This document shows positions 1-9,333 of a stretch of DNA of 64,000 bases, piece by piece (the first letter of the stretch is position 1; every line of letters starts with the position of its first letter). Position numbers and translations under genes: made by a program. Below the pieces are notes generated by a model. That model was not told where the DNA came from and searched no databases. It saw nothing but the letters and a program-made list of their open reading frames with translations. This DNA is from Candidatus Hydrogenedentota bacterium (lineage in GTDB: Bacteria > Hydrogenedentota > Hydrogenedentia > Hydrogenedentales > SLHB01): the NCBI GenBank assembly GCA_963674865.2, contig CAXXYE010000009.1, positions 128,001 through 192,000 on the forward strand, given 5' to 3'.

Positions 1-112
1 CTCCTGGACGGCTGCGCTGGAAATCCTAACAGCTTCTCGCCTCCCGGCCAAACATCCCAAATGCGACTGCTGAAAGGTTTGCACTACATGATTGGCAATC
101 CGGCCACTGGGT

Positions 113-141
113 TTGACGATGACCATGGACGGGCGTATCGT
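113..141 (+). promoter_or_regulatory. sigma70-like promoter upstream of ytxJ-sixA
   Basis: TTGACG (113-118), 17-nt spacer, TATCGT (136-141). Confidence 0.5.
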
Positions 142-200
142 GACATTCGTAAGGTTAGTTGCGAGGCGTGCGGGCCCACCCGTTGAGAAGGGAATCTTGC

Positions 201-542
201 ATGGAGGAATTATCCACCGTCGAAGCGCTGGAATGCTGCCTTTCGGAAGAAACGCAGGAACCGGTGCTTATCTTCAAGCACAGCACGCGGTGCCCCATTT
301 CCGCGGCGGCCTACGAACAAGTGAAACGCTACGTATCCAGCGCCCCGCCGGGAAGTCCTCCCGTGTACCTGATCAAGGTGATCGAATCGCGGCCCGTCTC
401 GAACGCGGTGGCCGAACGACTGGGCGTCAACCATCAGTCGCCGCAGTTGATCCTGGTGGCGGGAGGCAGGGCCGTGTGGTCGTCCTCGCACCTCGCGATC
501 ACGCCGGAGGCCATCGCACAGGCCGTCAAGGATCACATGTAG
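201..542 (+). CDS. ytxJ: Thioredoxin-like monothiol protein, YtxJ/BrxC (DUF2847) family
   Basis: IFKHSTRCPIS and HQSPQ motifs typical of YtxJ; ATG at 201 after AAGGGA. Confidence 0.85.
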   Translation: MEELSTVEALECCLSEETQEPVLIFKHSTRCPISAAAYEQVKRYVSSAPPGSPPVYLIKVIESRPVSNAVAERLGVNHQSPQLILVAGGRAVWSSSHLAITPEAIAQAVKDHM

Positions 543-576
543 CCCTGACGCTGTACGCCGAGAAAAGGAGCGAGGA

Positions 577-1038
577 ATGCTGCTCTACCTGATTCAGCAC
601 GGTGACGCCGTAGACAAGTCGGCCGATCCGGAGCGCCCTCTTTCGGAAACGGGGAAACGCGATGTGGACGCCGTGGGGCGGTTTCTCGAGCAGGCCGGAC
701 TCGCCATTCCCACACTGTGGCACAGCGGAAAGACACGCGCCCGGCAAACCGCGGAACGCCTTGCTCCACACGTCGCGCCGAATGGCCGGCTTCTCGAAGT
801 CAAGGGCCTGGGCCCCGGCGATCCCGTGAAGCCCGTTGGCAAGAAACTTGGTGAGGAGAAAACCGATCTGGCCATCATCGGCCATCTACCTTATCTCGCG
901 CGGCTGGCAGGATGGCTCCTCACTGGGGACGAGGACGCATCCACCATTACGTTCGAGCGCGGAGCCGTCCTCTGCCTCGAGCGCGATGTGGCCGGCCGCT
1001 GGCACGTGCGCTGGATGATCGTTCCCTCACTCCTGTAA
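577..1038 (+). CDS. sixA: Phosphohistidine phosphatase SixA
   Basis: LYLIQHGDA, ERPLSETG, HSGKTRARQTA, IIGHLP; AAGGAG SD. Confidence 0.85.
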   Translation: MLLYLIQHGDAVDKSADPERPLSETGKRDVDAVGRFLEQAGLAIPTLWHSGKTRARQTAERLAPHVAPNGRLLEVKGLGPGDPVKPVGKKLGEEKTDLAIIGHLPYLARLAGWLLTGDEDASTITFERGAVLCLERDVAGRWHVRWMIVPSLL

Positions 1039-1101
1039 CGGACGTGTCGCTGATGATGCGTTCCCCAAAAGTCCCTCGCCCTCAACCGGAGCGCGCGCGA
1101 C

Positions 1102-3282
1102 ATGCGTAGCAGATCTCCGCACCGAAAGGGCGAACTCGCCGCTCGGCCTGTGCCGCCTCCCACGAGCCGCCGCGTAGGCCATCGTGTCCTCTCCGTTCTG
1201 CGCACAGCTTTGCTCTTGCTTGCAGTAACCACCGTTTACCTTGGCGCGCTGGAGCTTATCCTCGCCGCGGCGGGAATCTCGCCGATCGTCGAAGAGACGG
1301 ATCCGTACGTCGGGTTCTCTTCACAGATTCCGCTGTTTGTGCAGGAATCCGGGCCAAACGGCGAGGAAACCATGGTGACGGCCGCCAACAAGCTGGATCT
1401 TTTCAACATGCAGCGGTTCCCGGCAAAGAAGACAACGGGTACCTACCGCATCTTCTGCATGGGAGGCTCGACAACCTATGGGCGGCCCTATGATAACGCG
1501 ACTTCGTTCTGTGGATGGCTCCGGGCCGTCTTGCCCAAGGCGGATCCGGCGCGCCGATGGGAAGTCATCAACGCGGGCGGCATAAGCTACGCGAGCTATC
1601 GCGTGAGAATGCTCATGGAGGAACTGGTTCAGTACGAGCCGGATCTCTTCATCATCTACACGGGACACAACGAATTCCTCGAACGGCGGACGTACGGCCC
1701 GATCATGGACATGCCGGTTTGGCTGCGTGAGGCCGGGACCGCGCTCCATCACACACGGACGTACACCGTGTTGACCCGCATAGCGAGTTGGGCCGGCCGG
1801 GGGCCCGCCCCGAGAGAAGACGCCCGCCCGAGCCTGCCCGGCGAGGTGGACGCCATCCTGGATGAGACGCTGGGCCCCGAGTCCTATCATCGGGACGACG
1901 CACAGCGGGATCGAGTGCTGACGCATTTCCGCTACAGCCTGGGGCGCATGACAGACTTGGCGCGTTCGGCCGGCGCGGAAGTCGTGTTCATTACCCCCGC
2001 GTCTAATCTCCGGCACTGCTCTCCCTTCAAGAGCGAGCATCAGGACGCGCTAAGCGATGATGCCCGCGAACAATGCGACGCATTCCTGGCAGACGCCACG
2101 GAGGCGCGGCAGGCAGGCCGTGTGGACGAGGCCCTGGCGGCTGTCGAGCAGGCGTTGGCGCTGGATGATCGCTACGCACATCTTCACTTCGTGTACGGCC
2201 AGGTGTTGTGTGATCTGGAGCGCTATGACGAAGCAAGAGCCGCCTTTGTGCGTGCGCGGGATGAGGACATCTGCCCCCTGCGCGCACTGACGCCGATACG
2301 CGGCATCATCGCCGATACCGCCCGGGCGCGCCGCGTCCCCTGCGTCGACTTCGCGGCCTTGGCGGAGCGCCGTTCGCCTCACGGGATCCCGGGGGAGGAG
2401 TTGTTTGTGGATCATGTGCATCCAACCATCAAAGGGCACCGCCTACTGGCGTTGGCGGTGCTGGATGCACTGATGGAACAGGGCATTGTGCGGCCCGCCG
2501 ACGCGTGGAACGCCGAATCGATGACAGCGGTGACGCGCGAGGTCGAGGGAAGCATTGATGCGCGGGCGGGCGCCATGGGGCTGCGGAATCAAGCCAAAGT
2601 GCTGAACTGGGCGGGGAAGTTCGCGGAGGCCCGGAGGCTCGCCTTGCGTGCCATCGAGCTGAATACCGAGGATGCGGAGGCCTACTATCAGGCGGCCCGG
2701 GGCGCCGTGGGAATAGGCCGCTCGGAGGAGGCAATCACGTACTACCGGCAGGCCGTGGCCGCAAAGCCGGACTATGCTTTGGCAAGATTCCGCCTGGCCA
2801 ATGCCCTCTTGGCCAAGGACGCGTCCGAAGAGGCCATTGAACATTATCGAAGGTTGCTCGATGGCCCGCCGGAATACGCGGCCCTGGCGCACAACAACCT
2901 GGGGAACGAGCTATCGGCCCAAGGCGCGCTTGACGAGGCCATCCGGCACTACCGCGAGGCGCTCAACATACGCCCCGGCTACGTGGATGCGCACAGCAAC
3001 CTGGGACTTTGCCTGATGGCGCGGGGCGACGCCGAGGAGGCCATCCGCGAGTACGAAAAGGCGCTGGCCCTCGATCCGGACAGTGCGCCGACGCATTACA
3101 ATCTCGGGCGGGCTCTGTTGGCGCAAGGGCGTCCCCGTGAGGCCGCTGAACACCTTCGCGAAACGCTGCGGAGCATGCCCGATTCTTCCTCGGTCCACTA
3201 CAGCCTGGGCGAGGCCCTGAGACAAGTGGGCGACGTCGACGAAGCCGAGAAACACTTCCGCGCAGCAGCACGGGGCGATTAG
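1102..3282 (+). CDS. Membrane-anchored SGNH/GDSL-like hydrolase with TPR repeats
   Basis: N-terminal TM; FCMGGSTTYG (block I), NAGG (block II), YTGHNE (block III), DHVHP (DxxH); many TPR repeats (AHNNLG, HYNLG). Confidence 0.75.
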   Translation: MRSRSPHRKGELAARPVPPPTSRRVGHRVLSVLRTALLLLAVTTVYLGALELILAAAGISPIVEETDPYVGFSSQIPLFVQESGPNGEETMVTAANKLDLFNMQRFPAKKTTGTYRIFCMGGSTTYGRPYDNATSFCGWLRAVLPKADPARRWEVINAGGISYASYRVRMLMEELVQYEPDLFIIYTGHNEFLERRTYGPIMDMPVWLREAGTALHHTRTYTVLTRIASWAGRGPAPREDARPSLPGEVDAILDETLGPESYHRDDAQRDRVLTHFRYSLGRMTDLARSAGAEVVFITPASNLRHCSPFKSEHQDALSDDAREQCDAFLADATEARQAGRVDEALAAVEQALALDDRYAHLHFVYGQVLCDLERYDEARAAFVRARDEDICPLRALTPIRGIIADTARARRVPCVDFAALAERRSPHGIPGEELFVDHVHPTIKGHRLLALAVLDALMEQGIVRPADAWNAESMTAVTREVEGSIDARAGAMGLRNQAKVLNWAGKFAEARRLALRAIELNTEDAEAYYQAARGAVGIGRSEEAITYYRQAVAAKPDYALARFRLANALLAKDASEEAIEHYRRLLDGPPEYAALAHNNLGNELSAQGALDEAIRHYREALNIRPGYVDAHSNLGLCLMARGDAEEAIREYEKALALDPDSAPTHYNLGRALLAQGRPREAAEHLRETLRSMPDSSSVHYSLGEALRQVGDVDEAEKHFRAAARGD

Positions 3283-3324
3283 CACAAGTATCCGGTTTTC
3301 CGTCAGACGGAAAGCGCGTTGTCC

Positions 3325-4335
3325 CTACGGCGCCTGGCCTTCTCGCGGACGTCTCACGGCGCAGTGTTCGGCCAGGAAGACAAGAATCTGCCTGAAGACC
3401 TCCGGCTCTCTGGCGATGCCCATGCCGTGCCCGCCTCCCCGAACAAGGATCAGCTCGTGAGGCGTCCCCACGGCTTGGAGTGCCTGGGCCATCTTCTCCG
3501 ACTGGCTCGGAGCAACGCGTTCGTCGGCCGTACCGTGGATAATCAGGACAGGGGGGAGGTCGCGTCGCACATACGATAGGGGGGAAGCCCGCCGCGCGAT
3601 TTCAGGGTGGCTTGCCGGTGAAACACCCAAGAAACGCGCCACGGCGGGATCATCGCCGCCCGGCGGGTTCTTGAACAGGGGCGCCGTGAGATCGAGGGGC
3701 GCGCAAATCAACACAGCGGCCTGGACGGCACTCGACTGGCCTGCGTAGCCGCCATCGTCGAATTCCTGCTCGTCCCCGGTGACGGCAAGCATAGCGGACA
3801 AATGTCCGCCGGCTGAGGCCCCCATGGCCGCGAGATGCGCGGGATCCACACGGTATTGATCCGCGTGCTCCCGCAGCCAACGCACCGCACGCTTGCAGTC
3901 GACGACGGCCGCCGGGAATGGCGCTTCGTCGGAAAGGCGATATCCGACGGAAAGTGCCACATAGCCTTCCTCGGCGAAGGCACACATCATGGCCAGCGTT
4001 CTGGGGCCGCCCTTTCCGCCCGTGTACCAGCCGCCGCCGTGGAACAGCAGGATGGCAGGGCGCAACTCCGGGGAGTGCACGGGATAGAGAATGTCCAGGG
4101 ACTGCCGGTCCGACGCGACGCCGTAGGGCACGTCCGTGTCCAGGGCATGGCCTTCAGGCAGTTGCTGTTCGGCAGGCGCTTGCACGGACGGTTCCTCCAC
4201 GGGATAGTTCTTGGCCGAGCTCACGGATGAAACCAGCGCTTGGGGCGGAGCATGCCCCAAGCCTTCATGGACGCAGGATGACACCGCCATCGCGACGAGC
4301 ACCCAGAACACGCGTAACATACGTACTCGTCGCAT
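3325..4335 (-). CDS. Alpha/beta-hydrolase esterase (HSL-like / carbohydrate esterase-like), probably exported
   Basis: HGGGW, GASAGGHL nucleophile elbow, IIHGTADERV, GGGHG; N-terminal signal, possible lipobox VSSC. Confidence 0.85.
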   Translation of the reverse strand: MRRVRMLRVFWVLVAMAVSSCVHEGLGHAPPQALVSSVSSAKNYPVEEPSVQAPAEQQLPEGHALDTDVPYGVASDRQSLDILYPVHSPELRPAILLFHGGGWYTGGKGGPRTLAMMCAFAEEGYVALSVGYRLSDEAPFPAAVVDCKRAVRWLREHADQYRVDPAHLAAMGASAGGHLSAMLAVTGDEQEFDDGGYAGQSSAVQAAVLICAPLDLTAPLFKNPPGGDDPAVARFLGVSPASHPEIARRASPLSYVRRDLPPVLIIHGTADERVAPSQSEKMAQALQAVGTPHELILVRGGGHGMGIAREPEVFRQILVFLAEHCAVRRPREGQAP

Positions 4336-4419
4336 AGGCCTCCCTTCTGCGGGCTCACGACCTCACGCATTCGCGGCCTAGACTTCACGCCTTCCTAAGA
4401 GGAAACCGAGTTTCCCTTA

Positions 4420-5856
4420 TCAAGGCCCAGGCGGCTTGATATCCCACGGCTGGGCCTCCGTCGGCGTATAGCGCGGCCTTCCGTCTTGCTCCGGAAAAGC
4501 TTGAAGGAACTTCACCAGCCGCTCCCGCGCCGCGGCCGTCTCCGGATCGGTACTCGCGATCAGGTTGACTTCCTCCGCGGGATCCGTCTTCAAGTCATGG
4601 AGTCGGGCCGGTTTCCCATCCAGCACCCACAACTTGTAACGCGTGTCGCGAATGGCCCGATCGGCGTATTTCACGGCGGGCTCGACGCCCCGCTCGGTGA
4701 GCTTTGCCGGGTGCGCTCCCATGGCCAAGATCCATTCCCGCGGCGAATCCTGCTCCTTTCCAAGCAAGAGCGGGGCGAGCGAGCGCCCGTCGATGATGCT
4801 CTCCTCCGGCGGGTTGGCGCCGGCCAGGTCAACGAGTGTCGGGAAGAGATCGGTGAAATCCGTCAGCGCATCCGTAACAAGGCCTGCCGGAACGCGGCCG
4901 GGGCCGTTCACGATGAAAGGTTCACACACACCGTTCTCACCGAGCGTTGCCTTGCCGCCGTGGACAGGCCGCCCATGGCGTCGCCCGACCAGGCTACCGC
5001 CGGAGCCGTTATCCGTAGTGAAGATGACGATCGTCTCCTCGCGCAGATCCAGCGCGTCAAACGCCGCGACAAGACGGCCGACGATATCATCCATGTAGCG
5101 CACCATGGCCTTGTGCTTCTGCAAATCGCTTTCGGCCTCGGGTTCAGCCGGTGTTGTGGTGAAGGGGCCATGCGTGAGCACCATGGGGAAGTAGAGAAGC
5201 TGCGGCTGTTCCCTATGCCGCTTCATGAAGTCGATAAGGAAATCCGCGAACACGTCCGGCCCGAATTGCCCCGTGTAGGTCTTGCTTCCGGCGCACGTGT
5301 TGATATACGGATTCCAGTAGCGTTCCGAGCTGGGCAGGTTGCCCGTCTCGTAGCCCGTCCACATACACCACTCGTCGAATCCATGCTGCTTCATGGCGTC
5401 CGGCTGCACGCGAAAATCGTTGATCTGCCACTTGCCCGCCGCCGCCGTCGCGTATCCGGCTTCACGGAGCACGCGTGCGAAAGTCAGGTTCTCCCCGGGA
5501 TCGAAGTGACACCCCGCACCCCAACGCGGCACGTCCCAGTGGTTGATCCAGCCGTGCCGCCAAGGATACTGCCCCGTCAGGAGCGTCGCCCGCGTCGGCG
5601 TGCACTGAGGCATGGAGTAGGCATTCGTGAAACGCACACCACCTGCCGCCAACGCGTCGATGTGAGGCGTCTGGATGTCCTCCGCGCCACAGCAACTGAT
5701 CCACTCCTTGCCGAGATCATCCACCAGAATGAGCAGGATGTTCGGCCGCCGCACGCGATCCTCCTTTGCCGTAGCTCTCGGCACGAGTGCAGCGGCGGCC
5801 GTACTTCCTGCGATGGTACGCAAGAACGTACGCCGTGTTTCACGAGGTCCCTTCAT
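4420..5856 (-). CDS. Tat-exported formylglycine-dependent sulfatase
   Basis: RRTFL Tat motif, PNILLILVDDLG, CTPTRATLLTG, GKW, TTDNG; ATG at 5856 overlaps the upstream sulfatase end. Confidence 0.9.
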   Translation of the reverse strand: MKGPRETRRTFLRTIAGSTAAAALVPRATAKEDRVRRPNILLILVDDLGKEWISCCGAEDIQTPHIDALAAGGVRFTNAYSMPQCTPTRATLLTGQYPWRHGWINHWDVPRWGAGCHFDPGENLTFARVLREAGYATAAAGKWQINDFRVQPDAMKQHGFDEWCMWTGYETGNLPSSERYWNPYINTCAGSKTYTGQFGPDVFADFLIDFMKRHREQPQLLYFPMVLTHGPFTTTPAEPEAESDLQKHKAMVRYMDDIVGRLVAAFDALDLREETIVIFTTDNGSGGSLVGRRHGRPVHGGKATLGENGVCEPFIVNGPGRVPAGLVTDALTDFTDLFPTLVDLAGANPPEESIIDGRSLAPLLLGKEQDSPREWILAMGAHPAKLTERGVEPAVKYADRAIRDTRYKLWVLDGKPARLHDLKTDPAEEVNLIASTDPETAAARERLVKFLQAFPEQDGRPRYTPTEAQPWDIKPPGP

Positions 5857-7273
5857 AATCCTTCCCTGACTCACTGGCCGCGCAGGACGCGCGCCATGCT
5901 TCAAGGGTGCACAGCATCCCCGCGACGATCTCCGGGTGCTCGACCGCCACATCGAGTGTTTCAGCCGGGTCGTTCTCGAGATCGAACAGCGCATAGTGCT
6001 TGCCCGCATCGATCGAGATGAGCTTGTAGCGGTTGCCGATCAACGCAACCTGGTCGCGCGACTCGAATGCGATCGGTTGGGCGCGTTTGGCCATGGCGCC
6101 GTCGATTAAGGGCATAAGGCTGAGGCCGTCAATAGGCATCGTATGCGGCACAGAGCCTAACTCGAGCGCGTCGAGCACTGTGGGGAAATAATCCAACGTA
6201 CTGCACGCGGTGGTGATGGTTCGCGGCTCGACAATACGCGCGGGCCACTCCACGAGGCCGGGGACGCGAACGCCGCCTTCATACAGATCGCGCTTGCGGC
6301 CTCGGAATGGCCCAGCCGATCCCGGCGCCGAGCCGGCTTGCCCCTCGGGGCCGTTATCGCTGCAAAACCACAGCATCGTATTCTCGCTGACGCCCAAAGC
6401 GCGGAGCTCTCGACGCAGCCGCCCGACTTGCTCGTCCATGGCGGTGATGCACCCGTAGAAGTGGCGCGCTTGCTCCGGCTGTCCGGCGTATTGGGCCAGG
6501 AACGACGGCCCTGCGACGATGGGCAGGTGAGGGGCATGGAACCAGATGACGGCGAAGAAGGGCGTATCGGCCGCCGCCGCCTCTCTGATGAAGGGGATAA
6601 CACGATCCATGATGACGCGCGAGTCATCGCCTTCGAGATTGTCCGTGATCGCCTCGCCCCGCTCGTTCCAATAGCGCGTGCCGTAAGGCTTGCCGGTGTC
6701 GGGATGGATCATGGGATTCCACGTCGGCACCTTGGCCTCCGTCGAAAAGCAGCGATCGAATCCACTCTCCCAAGGAGGGCTATAGTGCGCCACGCCGTCC
6801 GGCCCGCCGCGGTTTGAGTCGGGCACGGTCTTGGTCAACGTGCCGAGGTGCCACTTCCCGAAGTGGCCCGTGGCGTACCCGTGCTCTCTGAGCGCCTCGG
6901 CCAACGTAACCTCCTGGGGGGGCAGGTGGCCCTCATTTGCGAAGTAGACGCCGTAGCGGTACGGATGACGCCCAGTGACGCAGCTTCCGCGAGTCGGGGA
7001 GCACACCGGCGCACCCGCGTAGAATCTGTCCAGGCGCAGGCCGCACGATGCCATCGCGTCGAGGTTCGGCGTTTGCAGCACGGGATGCCCATGATAGCCC
7101 ACGTCTCCCCAGCCTTGATCGTCGGACATGCACAAGATGACATTGGTGCGCGGGCGCGCCGCCTCGCGCGGCGGACGCGACAGCGCGCAGGATGCGCCCG
7201 TCAACGCCAGTGTCGCGAGAAACTGACGCCGCGTCGCCCTCGCCGTTCTGCTTATCACCAATCGCCTCCCCAA
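5840..7273 (-). CDS. Tat-exported formylglycine-dependent sulfatase
   Basis: RRQFL, NVILCMSDDQG, CSPTRGSCVTG, GKWHLG, SDNG, YEGGVRVP; start codon uncertain. Confidence 0.9.
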   Translation of the reverse strand: MGRRLVISRTARATRRQFLATLALTGASCALSRPPREAARPRTNVILCMSDDQGWGDVGYHGHPVLQTPNLDAMASCGLRLDRFYAGAPVCSPTRGSCVTGRHPYRYGVYFANEGHLPPQEVTLAEALREHGYATGHFGKWHLGTLTKTVPDSNRGGPDGVAHYSPPWESGFDRCFSTEAKVPTWNPMIHPDTGKPYGTRYWNERGEAITDNLEGDDSRVIMDRVIPFIREAAAADTPFFAVIWFHAPHLPIVAGPSFLAQYAGQPEQARHFYGCITAMDEQVGRLRRELRALGVSENTMLWFCSDNGPEGQAGSAPGSAGPFRGRKRDLYEGGVRVPGLVEWPARIVEPRTITTACSTLDYFPTVLDALELGSVPHTMPIDGLSLMPLIDGAMAKRAQPIAFESRDQVALIGNRYKLISIDAGKHYALFDLENDPAETLDVAVEHPEIVAGMLCTLEAWRASCAASESGKDYEGTS

Positions 7274-7295
7274 TAACGCGCGGCGTGCCGGATCC

Positions 7296-9200
7296 CTAGG
7301 GGCGGGGCGAAAGCGGCAGGAACGTGACCCACCGATTCTCCTCGCCTCGGTTGGCCCGGGCGTAGTACGGAATCAATGTCAAGGTCGTCGCTTGTCCGAG
7401 CGCATTCCCTGCCGTATAGGCGCCCTCGCCCTCCATTGCGGGCGCTATGCAGCCGGGGACGCTGAGGACGTGGACCCCTTCGAGGAGATCGGCGCGCCAC
7501 GCCACTTCGACAGCTCGGGCCACATCGCTCGGCCCGACGGTGACGCGTGCCGCCTCGACAGGGAAATCCACGTCGCAGTTCTCGAGACAGTAGACGAGCG
7601 GGCCTTTGGCAAAGGCCACCTGCCCGGCGTTGGCAGCGATTCGCGGATCCGAGAACACCATCCGCACCGGCATATCGAGAGTCAAGGTAACTTCATCGCC
7701 GGACGTCCACATGCGCTCGATGGTGTGGTAGGTGCCCGGTTCCGCCTTCACGGACTCCTCACCCGTGCACACAACGGCAGCCTGCCGACACCACGCGGGA
7801 ATGCGCAAGCGCAGTGCGCACTGCGCCGCCTGCTCGCCGTCAAAGCGAAACGTCACTTTGCCGTTGTGCGGGTAGTCCGTAGCAACGGAAAACCGCACCT
7901 GGTGCCCGTCGCCAAAGTCATGCGTGATCTCTCCCGAGGTGTAGAGGTTCACGTAGAGGCCGCTATCATCGTAAGAGCAGACGTATTCGGGCAGGGCGCC
8001 GAGAAATCGCCAGGCGTTCGGCATGCAGCAGGCCGTTCGATGAATCTCCGGCAGTCGGAGGCGGCGAGTCCTCGGCGCCTGGTGATCGGTGCGGCCTGTT
8101 TGATCGCCCACCAGGCGAAGGGGATTGTAATAGAAGGTACCGCGATGATCCAGCTCGAGCGCGCCAAGAAAATGGTTGTAGAGGACGCACTCGATGAGGT
8201 CAAAGAACCGGCTATCCGCCGACGCGGCGTGCATGCGCCAGGAGAACATTATCAGCGACACCGACGCGCACGTCTCGGCGATATCGCGCGTTGGTGCATC
8301 GTCCAGCGACTGCGGAAGGCAATACGGCCGCCCAGGTATGCGCTCGTCATATCCGAGTCCTCCGGTGATGTAGAGGCGCGTGTTGACGATCTCGTCCCAA
8401 AGTTCAGGCAGGAACCGGCGTAGCTCGGCGTCGCCTGTCTCCAGGTACGCGTCCGCCAATCCCGCGAGCAGATAGTTGACGCGAACGGCGTGCAATTTGC
8501 CGCCGCCGGCCTGCACCTCCGACAACGTCGGCCCGATATCACATAGTCTTGCGAGCGTGACGGCGAAATCCAGGTACTTCTTCTCGCCCGAGGTGCGAGC
8601 CAGGCGTACAAGAGCCAACTCGTACTCGGGGTGCTCCCGCCTACCCACCTCGCCGAAGTAAGGATTACCGGCGTCGAACTCACCTATGAGGTAATCCGCC
8701 CACCGGCAGGCCGCATCGAGCAGCGAGCGCTCCTGCGTCACGCGGTAGTGCGCTACGGCGGCCTCGAAGAAGTGGCCCGCTATATAGAGATCATGGCTAA
8801 TCTTCGGTTCGAACCGCCCGTGCGGCGGCACTTGCGTGTTGATATAGCCGTCTTCGCATTGACAGAACGCGATGCACTCCGCCATGTGGTCGATGGCTTC
8901 CTTGACGCGTACGTCTCCCGTTTGGGCGTAGACGTAGCAGGCGCCTTCGAGCCACTTGTAGAGGTCGGAGTCGCTCGCGAGGCGATCTGTCTGGGTGGTC
9001 GGCTCATCGCCTTTGGCCCGCGCCTCGAATCGCTTGGGGATGGGACTGTCGAGCGCCGCCAGCACACTGTCCAGGTTCTTCTCGAGGCGCTTCCCTAAGA
9101 AGCCCGAGATCCTCATATTCCTCATTGGTACCGGCCGGCACTTCGCAGTCTCTTCCGGCCAGCCGGCCACGGTGTTCATAACTTTCACGTCTTCCGCCAT
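7296..9200 (-). CDS. Glycoside hydrolase family 127 (beta-L-arabinofuranosidase-like)
   Basis: DSDLYKWLEG, HDLYIAGH, HAVR, AETCAS, ACCMPN metal/catalytic motifs, GPLVYCLE, LIPYYA. Confidence 0.9.
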   Translation of the reverse strand: MAEDVKVMNTVAGWPEETAKCRPVPMRNMRISGFLGKRLEKNLDSVLAALDSPIPKRFEARAKGDEPTTQTDRLASDSDLYKWLEGACYVYAQTGDVRVKEAIDHMAECIAFCQCEDGYINTQVPPHGRFEPKISHDLYIAGHFFEAAVAHYRVTQERSLLDAACRWADYLIGEFDAGNPYFGEVGRREHPEYELALVRLARTSGEKKYLDFAVTLARLCDIGPTLSEVQAGGGKLHAVRVNYLLAGLADAYLETGDAELRRFLPELWDEIVNTRLYITGGLGYDERIPGRPYCLPQSLDDAPTRDIAETCASVSLIMFSWRMHAASADSRFFDLIECVLYNHFLGALELDHRGTFYYNPLRLVGDQTGRTDHQAPRTRRLRLPEIHRTACCMPNAWRFLGALPEYVCSYDDSGLYVNLYTSGEITHDFGDGHQVRFSVATDYPHNGKVTFRFDGEQAAQCALRLRIPAWCRQAAVVCTGEESVKAEPGTYHTIERMWTSGDEVTLTLDMPVRMVFSDPRIAANAGQVAFAKGPLVYCLENCDVDFPVEAARVTVGPSDVARAVEVAWRADLLEGVHVLSVPGCIAPAMEGEGAYTAGNALGQATTLTLIPYYARANRGEENRWVTFLPLSPRP

Positions 9201-9333
9201 TACTTTCAGCTCCTCACCTTCTCATGTCCCATTCACGGCCAAGTGCATACTGCGATACATGTGAACGCCCAACCTAGCACGATTGCCTAATGCGGTTCAT
9301 CAGCGAATGCGTCCTTTCCCGCCCGTGACGCCG

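Noticed and set aside
4486..6021. Long antisense ORFs (also 20087-21826, 35627-36952, 47479-48801, 57319-58437)
   Set aside because: Typical stop-poor reverse frames of GC-rich genes; no motifs, and fully overlapping clear genes.
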